From: Acaryochloris marina S15
Lineage (GTDB): Bacteria > Cyanobacteriota > Cyanobacteriia > Thermosynechococcales > Thermosynechococcaceae
Assembly: GCF_018336915.1 (NCBI RefSeq)
Contig: NZ_CP064923.1
Span: 300,001 to 332,000 of the forward strand
Length of the DNA: 32,000 bases
Direction of reading: 5' to 3'
Shown here: positions 8,644 to 16,954 of the stretch, in pieces
Layout: each line of letters begins with the position of its first letter
Position numbering within the stretch: position 1 is the stretch's first letter
Program-made: the position numbers and the translations under genes
Notes under the pieces: model-generated
Told to the model about the DNA's origin: nothing
Seen by the model: only the letters and a program-made list of their open reading frames with translations
Database searches by the model: none

Positions 8644-9123
8644 ATGGCCCTGGACAATTTACGAAAACTGTATCAACAGATTATCTTAGAACATTACAAA
8701 AAGCCGCGTCATCGTGGGATAACGGATCCAGTCCATCGTCACCAAAGGGGACATAATCCTTCCTGTGGCGATACGATTGAGCTGACGGTTCAGTTGAAAG
8801 AGTCGGAAAGACAGATTGCTGCCGTCAAATTTGAAGGAGAGGGATGTGCGATCGCAATGGCGTCTGCCGACTTAATGGCGGATGCGATGCGGGGCAAAAC
8901 AATACCTGAAGCGTTGCAAATGGTCCAATCTTTCCAAAATATGATGAAAGGTGAAGGGGAATTTCCCCGAGAGCATCGTAAGCTCAATGTGATGCAGGGG
9001 GTCGCTCAATTCCCCGTACGAATTAAATGTGCCACCTTGACTTGGCACACCCTCAAGGCCGCCTTAGAACATCAGAGTGTAGAATCAGCGGATGAGTTTA
9101 TCAGCAATGAGGAGAATAATTAA
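8644..9123 (+). CDS. sufU: SUF-system NifU/SufU-type Fe-S cluster scaffold protein
   Basis: 159 aa. Conserved NPSCGD, GEGCAIAMASAD and KCATL cysteine motifs of the IscU/SufU fold. Confidence 0.85.
   Translation: MALDNLRKLYQQIILEHYKKPRHRGITDPVHRHQRGHNPSCGDTIELTVQLKESERQIAAVKFEGEGCAIAMASADLMADAMRGKTIPEALQMVQSFQNMMKGEGEFPREHRKLNVMQGVAQFPVRIKCATLTWHTLKAALEHQSVESADEFISNEENN
8848..8855. repeat. HIP1 octamer GCGATCGC
   Basis: Exact 8-mer, within sufU. Confidence 0.9.
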
Positions 9124-9662
9124 TGCCCACTCCTACCCCTGAATTTTTTCAGCAAGCTTGTCAGTGGTGCGCAATCTTCATGCTGGTGAGCGGTGCGTTT
9201 ACAGGACTAGCTTTTATTTTTAAGTGGGGCATCCGCTTCCGCTTTGTCGGTATCACCAGCCTATTAGGGGTGCTGACGGGCAGTTTACTGGCCCTAAGCT
9301 TTTTCCCTTTGACTAAAGCCGTGATTCCAGGAGCTGCCAAGTACAACCTGGTTTATGATTTAGCAGGTCCTGAGGTCGTGATTTCAGTCTCCCCGATGAT
9401 TACCTCTACAGAACTAGAAGCTACTCTACTACAAGCCTCAGAGAATCTGTTTTCGCCGGGGCGAGTAGGCCGAGGGACGGCTGATCTGACCATCAAAGTC
9501 CGCACCATTCTGCATCAGAAGTCAGGGATGTCCCAACTCATTCCCCTGGGCCAAATTCAGCGCTCATTGACCGTTCGCGATGACCCTAACGCTAAAATCA
9601 CTTTAAATCAGGATAATTTAGCGGCTCTCGCGACCACGACTTTTGATCCCTCCTCTAGTTAA
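9123..9662 (+). CDS. ycf51: Ycf51-like (DUF2518) membrane protein
   Basis: 179 aa. Two N-terminal transmembrane helices, then a soluble domain. WGIRFRFVGIT and SPMITSTELEATL resemble cyanobacterial Ycf51 as I remember it. The start overlaps the sufU stop (TAATG). Confidence 0.6.
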   Translation: MPTPTPEFFQQACQWCAIFMLVSGAFTGLAFIFKWGIRFRFVGITSLLGVLTGSLLALSFFPLTKAVIPGAAKYNLVYDLAGPEVVISVSPMITSTELEATLLQASENLFSPGRVGRGTADLTIKVRTILHQKSGMSQLIPLGQIQRSLTVRDDPNAKITLNQDNLAALATTTFDPSSS

Positions 9663-9741
9663 AATCAATATTGGAAGTCAGCTTCCCTAGCCCACTGGGG
9701 ATCATGGGAGGACTGACTCATTGCTACGTACCGTCCCGCCT

Positions 9742-10905
9742 ATGTCTACGTTCTCATCACCCTCTGTATCCTCATCTGTTGAGTGCTCCAGTCAAGCCAT
9801 TGCACCCCAATGTGTCATTCGAGCTGAGCAAAGTCTGGCTCAATTAGAATCCTTGATTCAGCCCTATGGCCAACGGCCTCTAATGGTGGGGGGAGAGCAG
9901 AGTTTAGAGGTCTTGCAGCCTTATGTTGCTACGTTCTCAACAGTACAGTTGGCAACTGCCAACTATGGCCAAGATTGCAGTGAAGCTAGCTTAAAGGCAT
10001 TAGGAGAGAGGGTGGCCCGTCATCGCGCGGATGCCATTGTCGGCGTGGGCGGTGGAAAAGCATTAGATGCAGCCAAACTCTTGGCCCATCAAACTCGCTG
10101 TCCTGTGATCACCATTCCCACCTCTGGGGCGACGTGTGCTGCTTGGACAGCTTTATCTAATGTGTACTCGGAGGGCGGGGCGTTTCAGTATGATGTCGGT
10201 CTACCCCGATGCCCTGATTTACTCATCCTTGATTATGAAGTCATCAGAACAGCTCCCCAACGAACTTTAGTTGCTGGGATTGGCGATGCTTTAGCCAAGT
10301 GGTACGAGGCCTCAGTGAGTAGCGGTCATTCCCAAGAAACTTTAACGATCGCTGCGGTGCAACAGGCCCGGGTGCTCAGAGATATTCTGTTTCAGAAGTC
10401 AGGGACGGCGATCGCCCAACCCGACAGTGACGAATGGCGACAAGTCGTGGATGCCACGGTGTTAATGGCCGGGGTTGTGGGTGGTTTGGGTGGAGCCCAA
10501 TGCCGGACTGTTGCTGCCCATGCGGTTCATAATGGTCTGACCCATCTCTCTCCGACCCGCGCTAGCTTACATGGGGAAAAAGTGGCCTATGGCATTTTGG
10601 TGCAGTTGCGTCTCGAAGAACTGATTCAGCATAACCACTTAGCGACAACGGCTCGTCATCAGCTGCTCAAGTTCTATGGAGAGATTGGTTTACCCATGAC
10701 TCTTGCCGATTTAGGGATGGAGGATGTGTCTCTGAAAGACTTACAAACCGCAGCGCAAGTGGCTTGCCAGCCAGAGTCGGATCTCCACCATTTGCCTTTT
10801 ATGGTGATGCCGGATCAGTTGATGGCCGCGATGGTCTCTACTGCCAGTCCCATGGCTGAAAGTGGCATACATTCAGGGTCTCCATCGGCAGAGGTTTGCC
10901 CATGA
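9742..10905 (+). CDS. Iron-containing alcohol dehydrogenase family protein (glycerol dehydrogenase-like)
   Basis: GVGGGKALDAAK nucleotide-binding loop. Metal ligands in GIGDALAKW, HAVHNGLTH and HGEKVAYG. I prefer ATG at 9742 over the track TTG at 9721. Confidence 0.8.
   Translation: MSTFSSPSVSSSVECSSQAIAPQCVIRAEQSLAQLESLIQPYGQRPLMVGGEQSLEVLQPYVATFSTVQLATANYGQDCSEASLKALGERVARHRADAIVGVGGGKALDAAKLLAHQTRCPVITIPTSGATCAAWTALSNVYSEGGAFQYDVGLPRCPDLLILDYEVIRTAPQRTLVAGIGDALAKWYEASVSSGHSQETLTIAAVQQARVLRDILFQKSGTAIAQPDSDEWRQVVDATVLMAGVVGGLGGAQCRTVAAHAVHNGLTHLSPTRASLHGEKVAYGILVQLRLEELIQHNHLATTARHQLLKFYGEIGLPMTLADLGMEDVSLKDLQTAAQVACQPESDLHHLPFMVMPDQLMAAMVSTASPMAESGIHSGSPSAEVCP
10408..10415. repeat. HIP1 octamer GCGATCGC
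   Basis: Exact 8-mer, within the Fe-ADH gene. Confidence 0.9.
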
Positions 10906-12113
10906 GTTTGGATTGGATCAAACCGGCTGAACGACTGAGTGCCCTGCCGCCTTATGTGTTTGCCCGTTTAGATGAACTTAAAACCTCGGCTCGCCAGCAA
11001 GGTCTAGATCTGATTGATCTGGGCATGGGGAATCCGGATGGTCCGCCGCCAGAGCCTGTGATTGAAGCTGCGATCGCAGCCCTCAAATCCCCTAATAATC
11101 ATGGCTATCCTCCTTTTGAAGGTCATGCGGACTTTCGCCATACCATCACCGATTGGTATCACCGCCGATACGACGTATTGCTCGATCCTGAAATTGAGGC
11201 TCTGCCGTTACTCGGCTCGAAAGAAGGCTTAACCCACTTAGCCTTGGCCTATATCAACCCTGGGGATGTAGTGTTAGTCCCTAATCCGGCCTATCCCCCT
11301 CACTTCCGGGGACCAGCCTTGGCAGGAGCTGAAATCTATGGCTTGCCCTTAAAAGCAGAGAATGACTGGCTGATTGATTTGGGGAGCATTCCTGATCACG
11401 TAGCGGAACGAGCCAAAATCCTTTACTTCAATTACCCCAGTAATCCGACGACTGCCGTTGCCCCCCGAGAGCTGTTTACGGAAATTGTCGCCTTTGCTCG
11501 TAAGCATCAAATCTTGCTGGTCCATGATCTCTGCTATGCCGAGCTCGCTTTTGATGGCTATCAGCCCGTGAGCCTGCTGGAAATCCCAGGGGCGAAAGAG
11601 ATTGGGGTTGAATTTCATACCCTGTCTAAAACCTACAATATGGCGGGTTGGCGGGTTGGCTTTGTGGTGGGGAATCCCCAAATTATTCAGGGACTGCGAA
11701 CCCTTAAAACCAACTTAGACTATGGCATCTTTGCTGTGGTGCAGGCTGCTGCTCAAACCGCTCTGCAACTTCCCGATAGCCATTTGCAAGTGGTTCAGCA
11801 GCGCTACCGAGAGCGACGAGATTTTGTGATTTCAGGACTAGGCGATCTGGGCTGGCAGATCCCCAAAACGAAAGCAACCATGTATTTATGGGCACCCTGT
11901 CCTGTAGAGATGTCTTCCGCAGACTTTGCCTTAAAGCTGATCCAAGAAACCGGAATTGTGATGACTCCAGGAAGTGCCTTTGGTCATCATGGCGAAGGGT
12001 ATTTGCGGATTAGCTTGATCGCAGAATGCGATCGCCTCGGTGAAGCGATTCATCGTATTCGTCAATCTCAGATTTGTGGTACGCCTACCAGCAACGTTAT
12101 CAGCCCATCATGA
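10902..12113 (+). CDS. PLP-dependent aminotransferase, class I/II fold
   Basis: LPPYVFARLDELK N-terminus, NYPSNPT, and SKTYNMAGWRVG with the Schiff-base lysine. ATG at 10902 overlaps the upstream stop (ATGA at 10902-10905). The track start at 10896 is TTG. Confidence 0.88.
   Translation: MSLDWIKPAERLSALPPYVFARLDELKTSARQQGLDLIDLGMGNPDGPPPEPVIEAAIAALKSPNNHGYPPFEGHADFRHTITDWYHRRYDVLLDPEIEALPLLGSKEGLTHLALAYINPGDVVLVPNPAYPPHFRGPALAGAEIYGLPLKAENDWLIDLGSIPDHVAERAKILYFNYPSNPTTAVAPRELFTEIVAFARKHQILLVHDLCYAELAFDGYQPVSLLEIPGAKEIGVEFHTLSKTYNMAGWRVGFVVGNPQIIQGLRTLKTNLDYGIFAVVQAAAQTALQLPDSHLQVVQQRYRERRDFVISGLGDLGWQIPKTKATMYLWAPCPVEMSSADFALKLIQETGIVMTPGSAFGHHGEGYLRISLIAECDRLGEAIHRIRQSQICGTPTSNVISPS
11070..11077. 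repeat. HIP1 octamer GCGATCGC (14-nt palindrome GCTGCGATCGCAGC, 11067-11080)
   Basis: Exact 8-mer, within the aminotransferase gene. Confidence 0.9.
12028..12035. repeat. HIP1 octamer GCGATCGC
   Basis: Exact 8-mer, within the aminotransferase gene. Confidence 0.9.
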
Positions 12114-12191
12114 AGGGAAGGTTTCTAACATCTGTGATCATTTGTTGTTTCTCAAGTCAGAGCGGCTTCCCCCTGCTATTTGGGAGGAGCT

Positions 12192-13526
12192 ATGACCGTT
12201 TCTAGAAGCATCTGTTTAGGATTTTTAGTCGCCATCTTAGTCGGAGCAGGCTTGCTTCTGTTGCCCATCTCAACGGCGAGTGGAGACTGGAATAGTCCTG
12301 TCGTGGCCCTCTTTACCGCCACATCTGCCGTCTGTGTCACGGGGCATGTAGTGGTGGATACGGGCTCCTATTTTTCCCCGGTGGGACAGGTCTTTATTCT
12401 CACTCTGATCCAGTTGGGTGGCTTAGGCTACATGGTCTCCACCACTTTGTTGCTGGTGTTACTGGGGCGTAAATTTGGCCTGAGGGATAAGATTGCCCTG
12501 CAACAAGCTTTAGATCGCTCTAAATTACAGGGATCAAATCAGGTGGTGGTGTCTATTATTGCCACCATCCTGGTATTTGAATTGATGGGTATTATCTTGT
12601 TGTTTGGAGTGTTCAGCCAGCAGTATGCTACCCCTCTTGCCCTCTGGTATGCCGTGTTTCACAGCGTCAGTGCCTGGAATAATGCGGGGTTTAGCTTATT
12701 CCCTGATAGCCTGAGCAGCTATCAGTTTTCCTGGATCGTCAACCTCACTATCTCTGGTCTTGTCGTTGTTGGTGGCATTGGGTATGAAGCGATTTTTGAA
12801 GTGTATCTATGGCTGCGTGACCGCCTAGCAGGGAAGCAAAAAAGAACCCTATTCTCCCTCAATTTTCGAGTGGTGACCAGCACTACGGTGATGCTATTAA
12901 TCCTAGGTACCATTGCCTTTTATCTGACAGAATCTCGCAATCCAGACACCTTACAGCCTCTCAGTTGGAATAATCAGTTGATATCGGCTTGGTTTCAGTC
13001 CATGACGACGCGTACCGCTGGGTTTAACACCATTGATATTGGCAGTATGACCAATGCGGGGCTATTCCTTACTATTGCCTTTATGTATGTGGGAGGCAGT
13101 CCTGGCGGAACGGGGGGTGGGGTGAAAACCACCACCATCAGAGTCTTGAGTAGCTGTACCCAAGCGATTCTCCGGGGCAAGGAATCCGTCACGATGTATG
13201 AACGCCAAATCCCCGTATCCTTGATTTTGAAAGCGATAGGGGTAGTGGTGGGTTCAATTACTACGATTGTGTCGGCCACAACCCTAATGTCGATCGCCGA
13301 TCCAGGGGTTGAGTTCATCAATATTTTGTTTGAAGTGGTGTCTGCTTACGCCACGGTTGGTTTATCGACTGGGATTACAGCTGCGTTAACCGGGAGTTCG
13401 AAACTCATTTTGGCTGCCACCATGTATATGGGGCGAGTCGGTGTCTTACTCTTGATGGCGGCCTTACTGGGCGATCCTCGTCCCAGTACCGTTCGGTATC
13501 CAGAAGAGTCTTTATTGGTCGGATGA
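12192..13526 (+). CDS. ktrB: TrkH/KtrB-family potassium transporter membrane subunit
   Basis: Polytopic membrane protein with four pore-loop glycine motifs (CVTGH, WNNAGF, RTAGFN, ATVGLS). ATG at 12192 follows GGAGGAG. The track start at 12180 is TTG. Confidence 0.88.
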   Translation: MTVSRSICLGFLVAILVGAGLLLLPISTASGDWNSPVVALFTATSAVCVTGHVVVDTGSYFSPVGQVFILTLIQLGGLGYMVSTTLLLVLLGRKFGLRDKIALQQALDRSKLQGSNQVVVSIIATILVFELMGIILLFGVFSQQYATPLALWYAVFHSVSAWNNAGFSLFPDSLSSYQFSWIVNLTISGLVVVGGIGYEAIFEVYLWLRDRLAGKQKRTLFSLNFRVVTSTTVMLLILGTIAFYLTESRNPDTLQPLSWNNQLISAWFQSMTTRTAGFNTIDIGSMTNAGLFLTIAFMYVGGSPGGTGGGVKTTTIRVLSSCTQAILRGKESVTMYERQIPVSLILKAIGVVVGSITTIVSATTLMSIADPGVEFINILFEVVSAYATVGLSTGITAALTGSSKLILAATMYMGRVGVLLLMAALLGDPRPSTVRYPEESLLVG

Positions 13527-13567
13527 TCCGATTTTGGGAAAAATACTAGCATTATGGACTTATACCC

Positions 13568-14263
13568 GTGAACTTATCATCCTTGAGCTTATTCCCTGGC
13601 CTGAACAAAAAAAAGCAGCAATTTGCTGTGATTGGCTTAGGTCGTTTTGGTCGAGCTGCTTGTCAGGCATTACACCAGGCTGGCCAGGAAGTATTAGGAA
13701 CAGATATTGATGAAAAACGAGTGGCGGAGGTGGTGAATAACCAATGGGCCGCCCATGCCCTGCAGCTCGATTCCACCGATCCCTTAGCTCTTAAGGAAGC
13801 AGGGATTTACGAGTTTGATACCGTCATTATTGCCATCGGTAACTATCTGCAAGAAAGTATTATTACGACACTTAATGTCAAAGAAGCAGGTGTCGCCAAG
13901 GTGGTGGCTAAAGCCTCCTCAGAAATTCATGGAAAGCTGCTCAAACGAGTCGGCGCTGACCAAGTGGTCTTTCCTGAGAATGAAGCGGGATATGCCTTGG
14001 CCCGGACCCTTACCAAGCCTTCTATTCTGGACCACTTTGAGCTGGATCCTCAACATAGCATCGTTGAAATTGTGGTGCCTGAAGAGTTTCACAATAAATC
14101 GATTGGTGCACTCCAGCTCCGCAGCCGTTATGGTCTGAACGTTCTAGCGATTTGTCGCGATCAGAAATTTAATATCAACCCCAGTCCCGACCTCAATTTG
14201 CAAAAAGGATCGGTGATGGTGGTGATTGGGGAAACTAAAGCGATTGATGAGCTTCCTCTCTAA
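13568..14263 (+). CDS. ktrA: KtrA/TrkA-type NAD-binding regulatory subunit (RCK_N and RCK_C)
   Basis: 231 aa. FAVIGLGRFGRA Rossmann motif. Lies immediately downstream of ktrB. GTG start. Confidence 0.88.
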   Translation: MNLSSLSLFPGLNKKKQQFAVIGLGRFGRAACQALHQAGQEVLGTDIDEKRVAEVVNNQWAAHALQLDSTDPLALKEAGIYEFDTVIIAIGNYLQESIITTLNVKEAGVAKVVAKASSEIHGKLLKRVGADQVVFPENEAGYALARTLTKPSILDHFELDPQHSIVEIVVPEEFHNKSIGALQLRSRYGLNVLAICRDQKFNINPSPDLNLQKGSVMVVIGETKAIDELPL

Positions 14264-14310
14264 CAGGTGATAATGTTAATAGCCTGCAGCTTGAGGAACG
14301 TATTGTAACC

Positions 14311-15258
14311 TTGTCCGATCTCCAGTCTTTAACCTCCATTCCCCAGGCTCCTCCTGAGTTCAAGTCAGGCTTTGTCGCGATTGTCGGTCGGCCTAACGTG
14401 GGCAAGTCCACGTTGATGAATCAGTTGATTGGGCAAAAAATTGCGATTACCTCTCCGGTTGCCCAAACGACCCGCAATCGTCTTCGTGGTATTTTAACCA
14501 CCCCCACCGCCCAAATGATTTTTGTGGATACTCCGGGTATCCATAAACCCCACCACCAATTGGGCGAAATCTTAGTCAAGAATGCGCGCATGGCCATTCA
14601 TGCGGTGGATGTCGTGTTGTTTGTGGTGGACTGCTCAGAACCTTTAGGGGGGGGAGACCGGTTCATTGCTCAGCTGTTGACCCAAACCAACACCCCCGTT
14701 ATTTTGGGACTGAATAAGCTTGATTTACAGCGAAAAACAGCACAGCAATCTTTGACCTTAGACCAAACCTATAAAGCCCTGGCAAAAGAACACCATTGGC
14801 CTGTTTGCAAGTTTTCGGCATTGACCACCGCCAAATTAAAGTCGTTGCAACGCCAGCTTATTGATCAGCTGGCCCCTGGGCCGTACTATTACCCTCCCGA
14901 CCTGGTCACTGATCAACCGGAACGGTTCATTATGGGAGAGTTAATTCGAGAACAAGTTTTGCTATTGACCCGGCAAGAAGTTCCCCATTCTGTGGCAATT
15001 GTGATCGAACGCGTAGATGAATCGCCTAAAATCACCCGAATTTTAGCCACTGTTCATGTGGAACGGCCCTCTCAGAAACAAATTCTGATTGGTAAAAAAG
15101 GCAGTATGCTCAAAGCGATTGGGACCGAAGCCCGCCAACAAATTCAAAAACTGATTGCTGGCAAAGTTTATTTGGAGCTGTTCGTTAAAGTGCAACCCAA
15201 ATGGCGTCAATCCAGAATGCAGTTGGCGGAGCTGGGATATCAGGTGGAATCTAATTAG
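14311..15258 (+). CDS. era: GTPase Era
   Basis: 315 aa. G1 GRPNVGKST, G3 DTPG, G4 NKLD, C-terminal KH domain. The TTG start is uncertain by a few codons. Confidence 0.92.
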   Translation: MSDLQSLTSIPQAPPEFKSGFVAIVGRPNVGKSTLMNQLIGQKIAITSPVAQTTRNRLRGILTTPTAQMIFVDTPGIHKPHHQLGEILVKNARMAIHAVDVVLFVVDCSEPLGGGDRFIAQLLTQTNTPVILGLNKLDLQRKTAQQSLTLDQTYKALAKEHHWPVCKFSALTTAKLKSLQRQLIDQLAPGPYYYPPDLVTDQPERFIMGELIREQVLLLTRQEVPHSVAIVIERVDESPKITRILATVHVERPSQKQILIGKKGSMLKAIGTEARQQIQKLIAGKVYLELFVKVQPKWRQSRMQLAELGYQVESN

Positions 15259-15315
15259 GAGTACCTGATCAACTTCTGGGGCAAGGAATTGATTCCCTTT
15301 GAGCGGTTTTTGGCG

Positions 15316-15564
15316 TTAGGTCGGTATTAATTCTCCCGGCCTGAGACGCGCCCATTTACCTGCTTCTTCTGAAAAGCTGGCACATCCTACGACATCCCAT
15401 TCCATTTCAATCTCTTCTGTACTACTCCGAATATTGACGTTAATCGTCGGTTTCTCGGGTTCAAATGTAGGGTTATCTGTTAGGTGAGGCTGCTGATGCT
15501 GTGTTTCTACGGCATGATAGGTGATGCATTGATCAACGAATTGGCAATTGATACAAATACACAT
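15316..15564 (-). CDS. ycf34: Ycf34 family protein (small Fe-S protein)
   Basis: 82 aa. N-terminal MCICINCQFVDQC cysteine cluster characteristic of Ycf34. GAGGAGGA SD 8 nt upstream. Confidence 0.88.
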   Translation of the reverse strand: MCICINCQFVDQCITYHAVETQHQQPHLTDNPTFEPEKPTINVNIRSSTEEIEMEWDVVGCASFSEEAGKWARLRPGELIPT

Positions 15565-15646
15565 GTTCTTCGTCCTCCTCTAATGCCAAAGGCCTGCAGC
15601 TATAAGACAACCTCCAAGCCCCTTACAGACACTCTAGCGGATTTGC

Positions 15647-16912
15647 CTAAGATTGGGGATGCCAGGTCTGTATCACCCTGCCTATTAGGGACTGCCCATA
15701 CCAAGGCGTATTCTGGCTGAGGGATTTTAGGGTTTGGGCGTTAGCGGACCAGGACTGTTGAGGATCAAAGAGTACCATTTCTGCTGGCTGATCCACTTGC
15801 ACCCTAGGAGGCGTTTGCCCTAAGCAGTGGCTAGGAGAAGTACTTAACCGTTGCCATAGGGTAAGGGGTGACCAGCGCTCAGTCGCCACAAAGGCTTGCC
15901 ATAGTAAGGATAATGCGAGTTCTAAGCCAATCGCTCCAGGCGGTGCCGCACTAAAGGCAACGGTTTTCTCTTCATAGGTATAGGCATGGTGATCAATTGC
16001 GATCGCATCGATGACTCCCGTTTCTAACCCCTGAATCAGAGCTTCCTGGTCTTCGATATTGCCAACCGGAGGATCTAATCGCCAGTTGACATCATAGGTA
16101 TACAGAGACTGGCTATTACCCAACACATGCATCCAGGTGGTACTGGCCGTGATCGGCAACCCACGTGCTTTAGCCCCTTGGATCAGTTCTACACTGCGAG
16201 CGGTGGACACCCGCATGATGTGGACAGGAACCTGCATCTCAGAGACGATTTCCAGCAGGGCTGCCAAGACTGATGTTTCAGCTGTGGTCGGCGACTCTGA
16301 CAGTCCTAATCGCAAGGCATCTATACCTTCGCGAATGACACCACTGCCTGCTAAGGCTGGGTCGCAAGGCCAAAGGGCAATGGGATAAGACTCAGCTTCT
16401 AGATACTCGCAGAGTCGTCGTAGCAAGATGGAATTTTGAATAGATTGGCCATCACTAAATCCGACGACCCCAGCTTGAATCAAATCTGCATATTCCACCA
16501 GCTGTTTGCCTTCCAGTTTTTGGGTCATGGCACCCCAAGCCTGGACTTGCAGAGGTAAATCAGGGGGAAGCTGGGCTTTGATTCGGGCTAGGCCATCGGC
16601 GTTATCTAACGGCGGATGGGTATCGGGGAGAAGGGTCAGGCGTGTGAAACCCCCTGCGATCGCAGATGCGGTCAAAGAAGCCAAGGTCTCCCGAGTTTCA
16701 AACCCTGGATCATCTGAGTGACTATATAAATCGACCAGGCCTGGAGCCAAAACCAGCCCTGAACAATCCCGTTCTTCACCCCCAGCGCTGACCCCTGGCT
16801 CTGTGATGTCTATAATTTTGCCATCGTCAATCAGGACATCGGCCACCCGATCAACTTGCGACGGCGGATCTAACACTCGCACCTGTTTGAGCTGTTCTTG
16901 TGTCATACCCAA
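15647..16912 (-). CDS. Dihydroorotase-like amidohydrolase with degenerate metal-ligand motifs (PyrC-prime-like)
   Basis: 421 aa. Colinear with type I dihydroorotases (PGLVDL, GGFT, FSDG, STARSVELI, IDHHAY). The HxH motif reads YSH and the HIxHxS motif reads HIMRVS. Confidence 0.8.
   Translation of the reverse strand: MGMTQEQLKQVRVLDPPSQVDRVADVLIDDGKIIDITEPGVSAGGEERDCSGLVLAPGLVDLYSHSDDPGFETRETLASLTASAIAGGFTRLTLLPDTHPPLDNADGLARIKAQLPPDLPLQVQAWGAMTQKLEGKQLVEYADLIQAGVVGFSDGQSIQNSILLRRLCEYLEAESYPIALWPCDPALAGSGVIREGIDALRLGLSESPTTAETSVLAALLEIVSEMQVPVHIMRVSTARSVELIQGAKARGLPITASTTWMHVLGNSQSLYTYDVNWRLDPPVGNIEDQEALIQGLETGVIDAIAIDHHAYTYEEKTVAFSAAPPGAIGLELALSLLWQAFVATERWSPLTLWQRLSTSPSHCLGQTPPRVQVDQPAEMVLFDPQQSWSANAQTLKSLSQNTPWYGQSLIGRVIQTWHPQS
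15999..16006. repeat. HIP1 octamer GCGATCGC
   Basis: Exact 8-mer, within the dihydroorotase-like gene. Confidence 0.9.
16656..16663. repeat. HIP1 octamer GCGATCGC
   Basis: Exact 8-mer, within the dihydroorotase-like gene. Confidence 0.9.
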
Positions 16913-16954
16913 TCCGTCGTATATTCTCCTTGATCAAGACCAAACAGCAGCAGG

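Noticed and set aside
15484-15720. 78-aa plus-strand ORF spanning the ycf34 start and the 3' end of the dihydroorotase-like gene
   Set aside because: It is antisense to two well-supported genes and has no ribosome-binding site.
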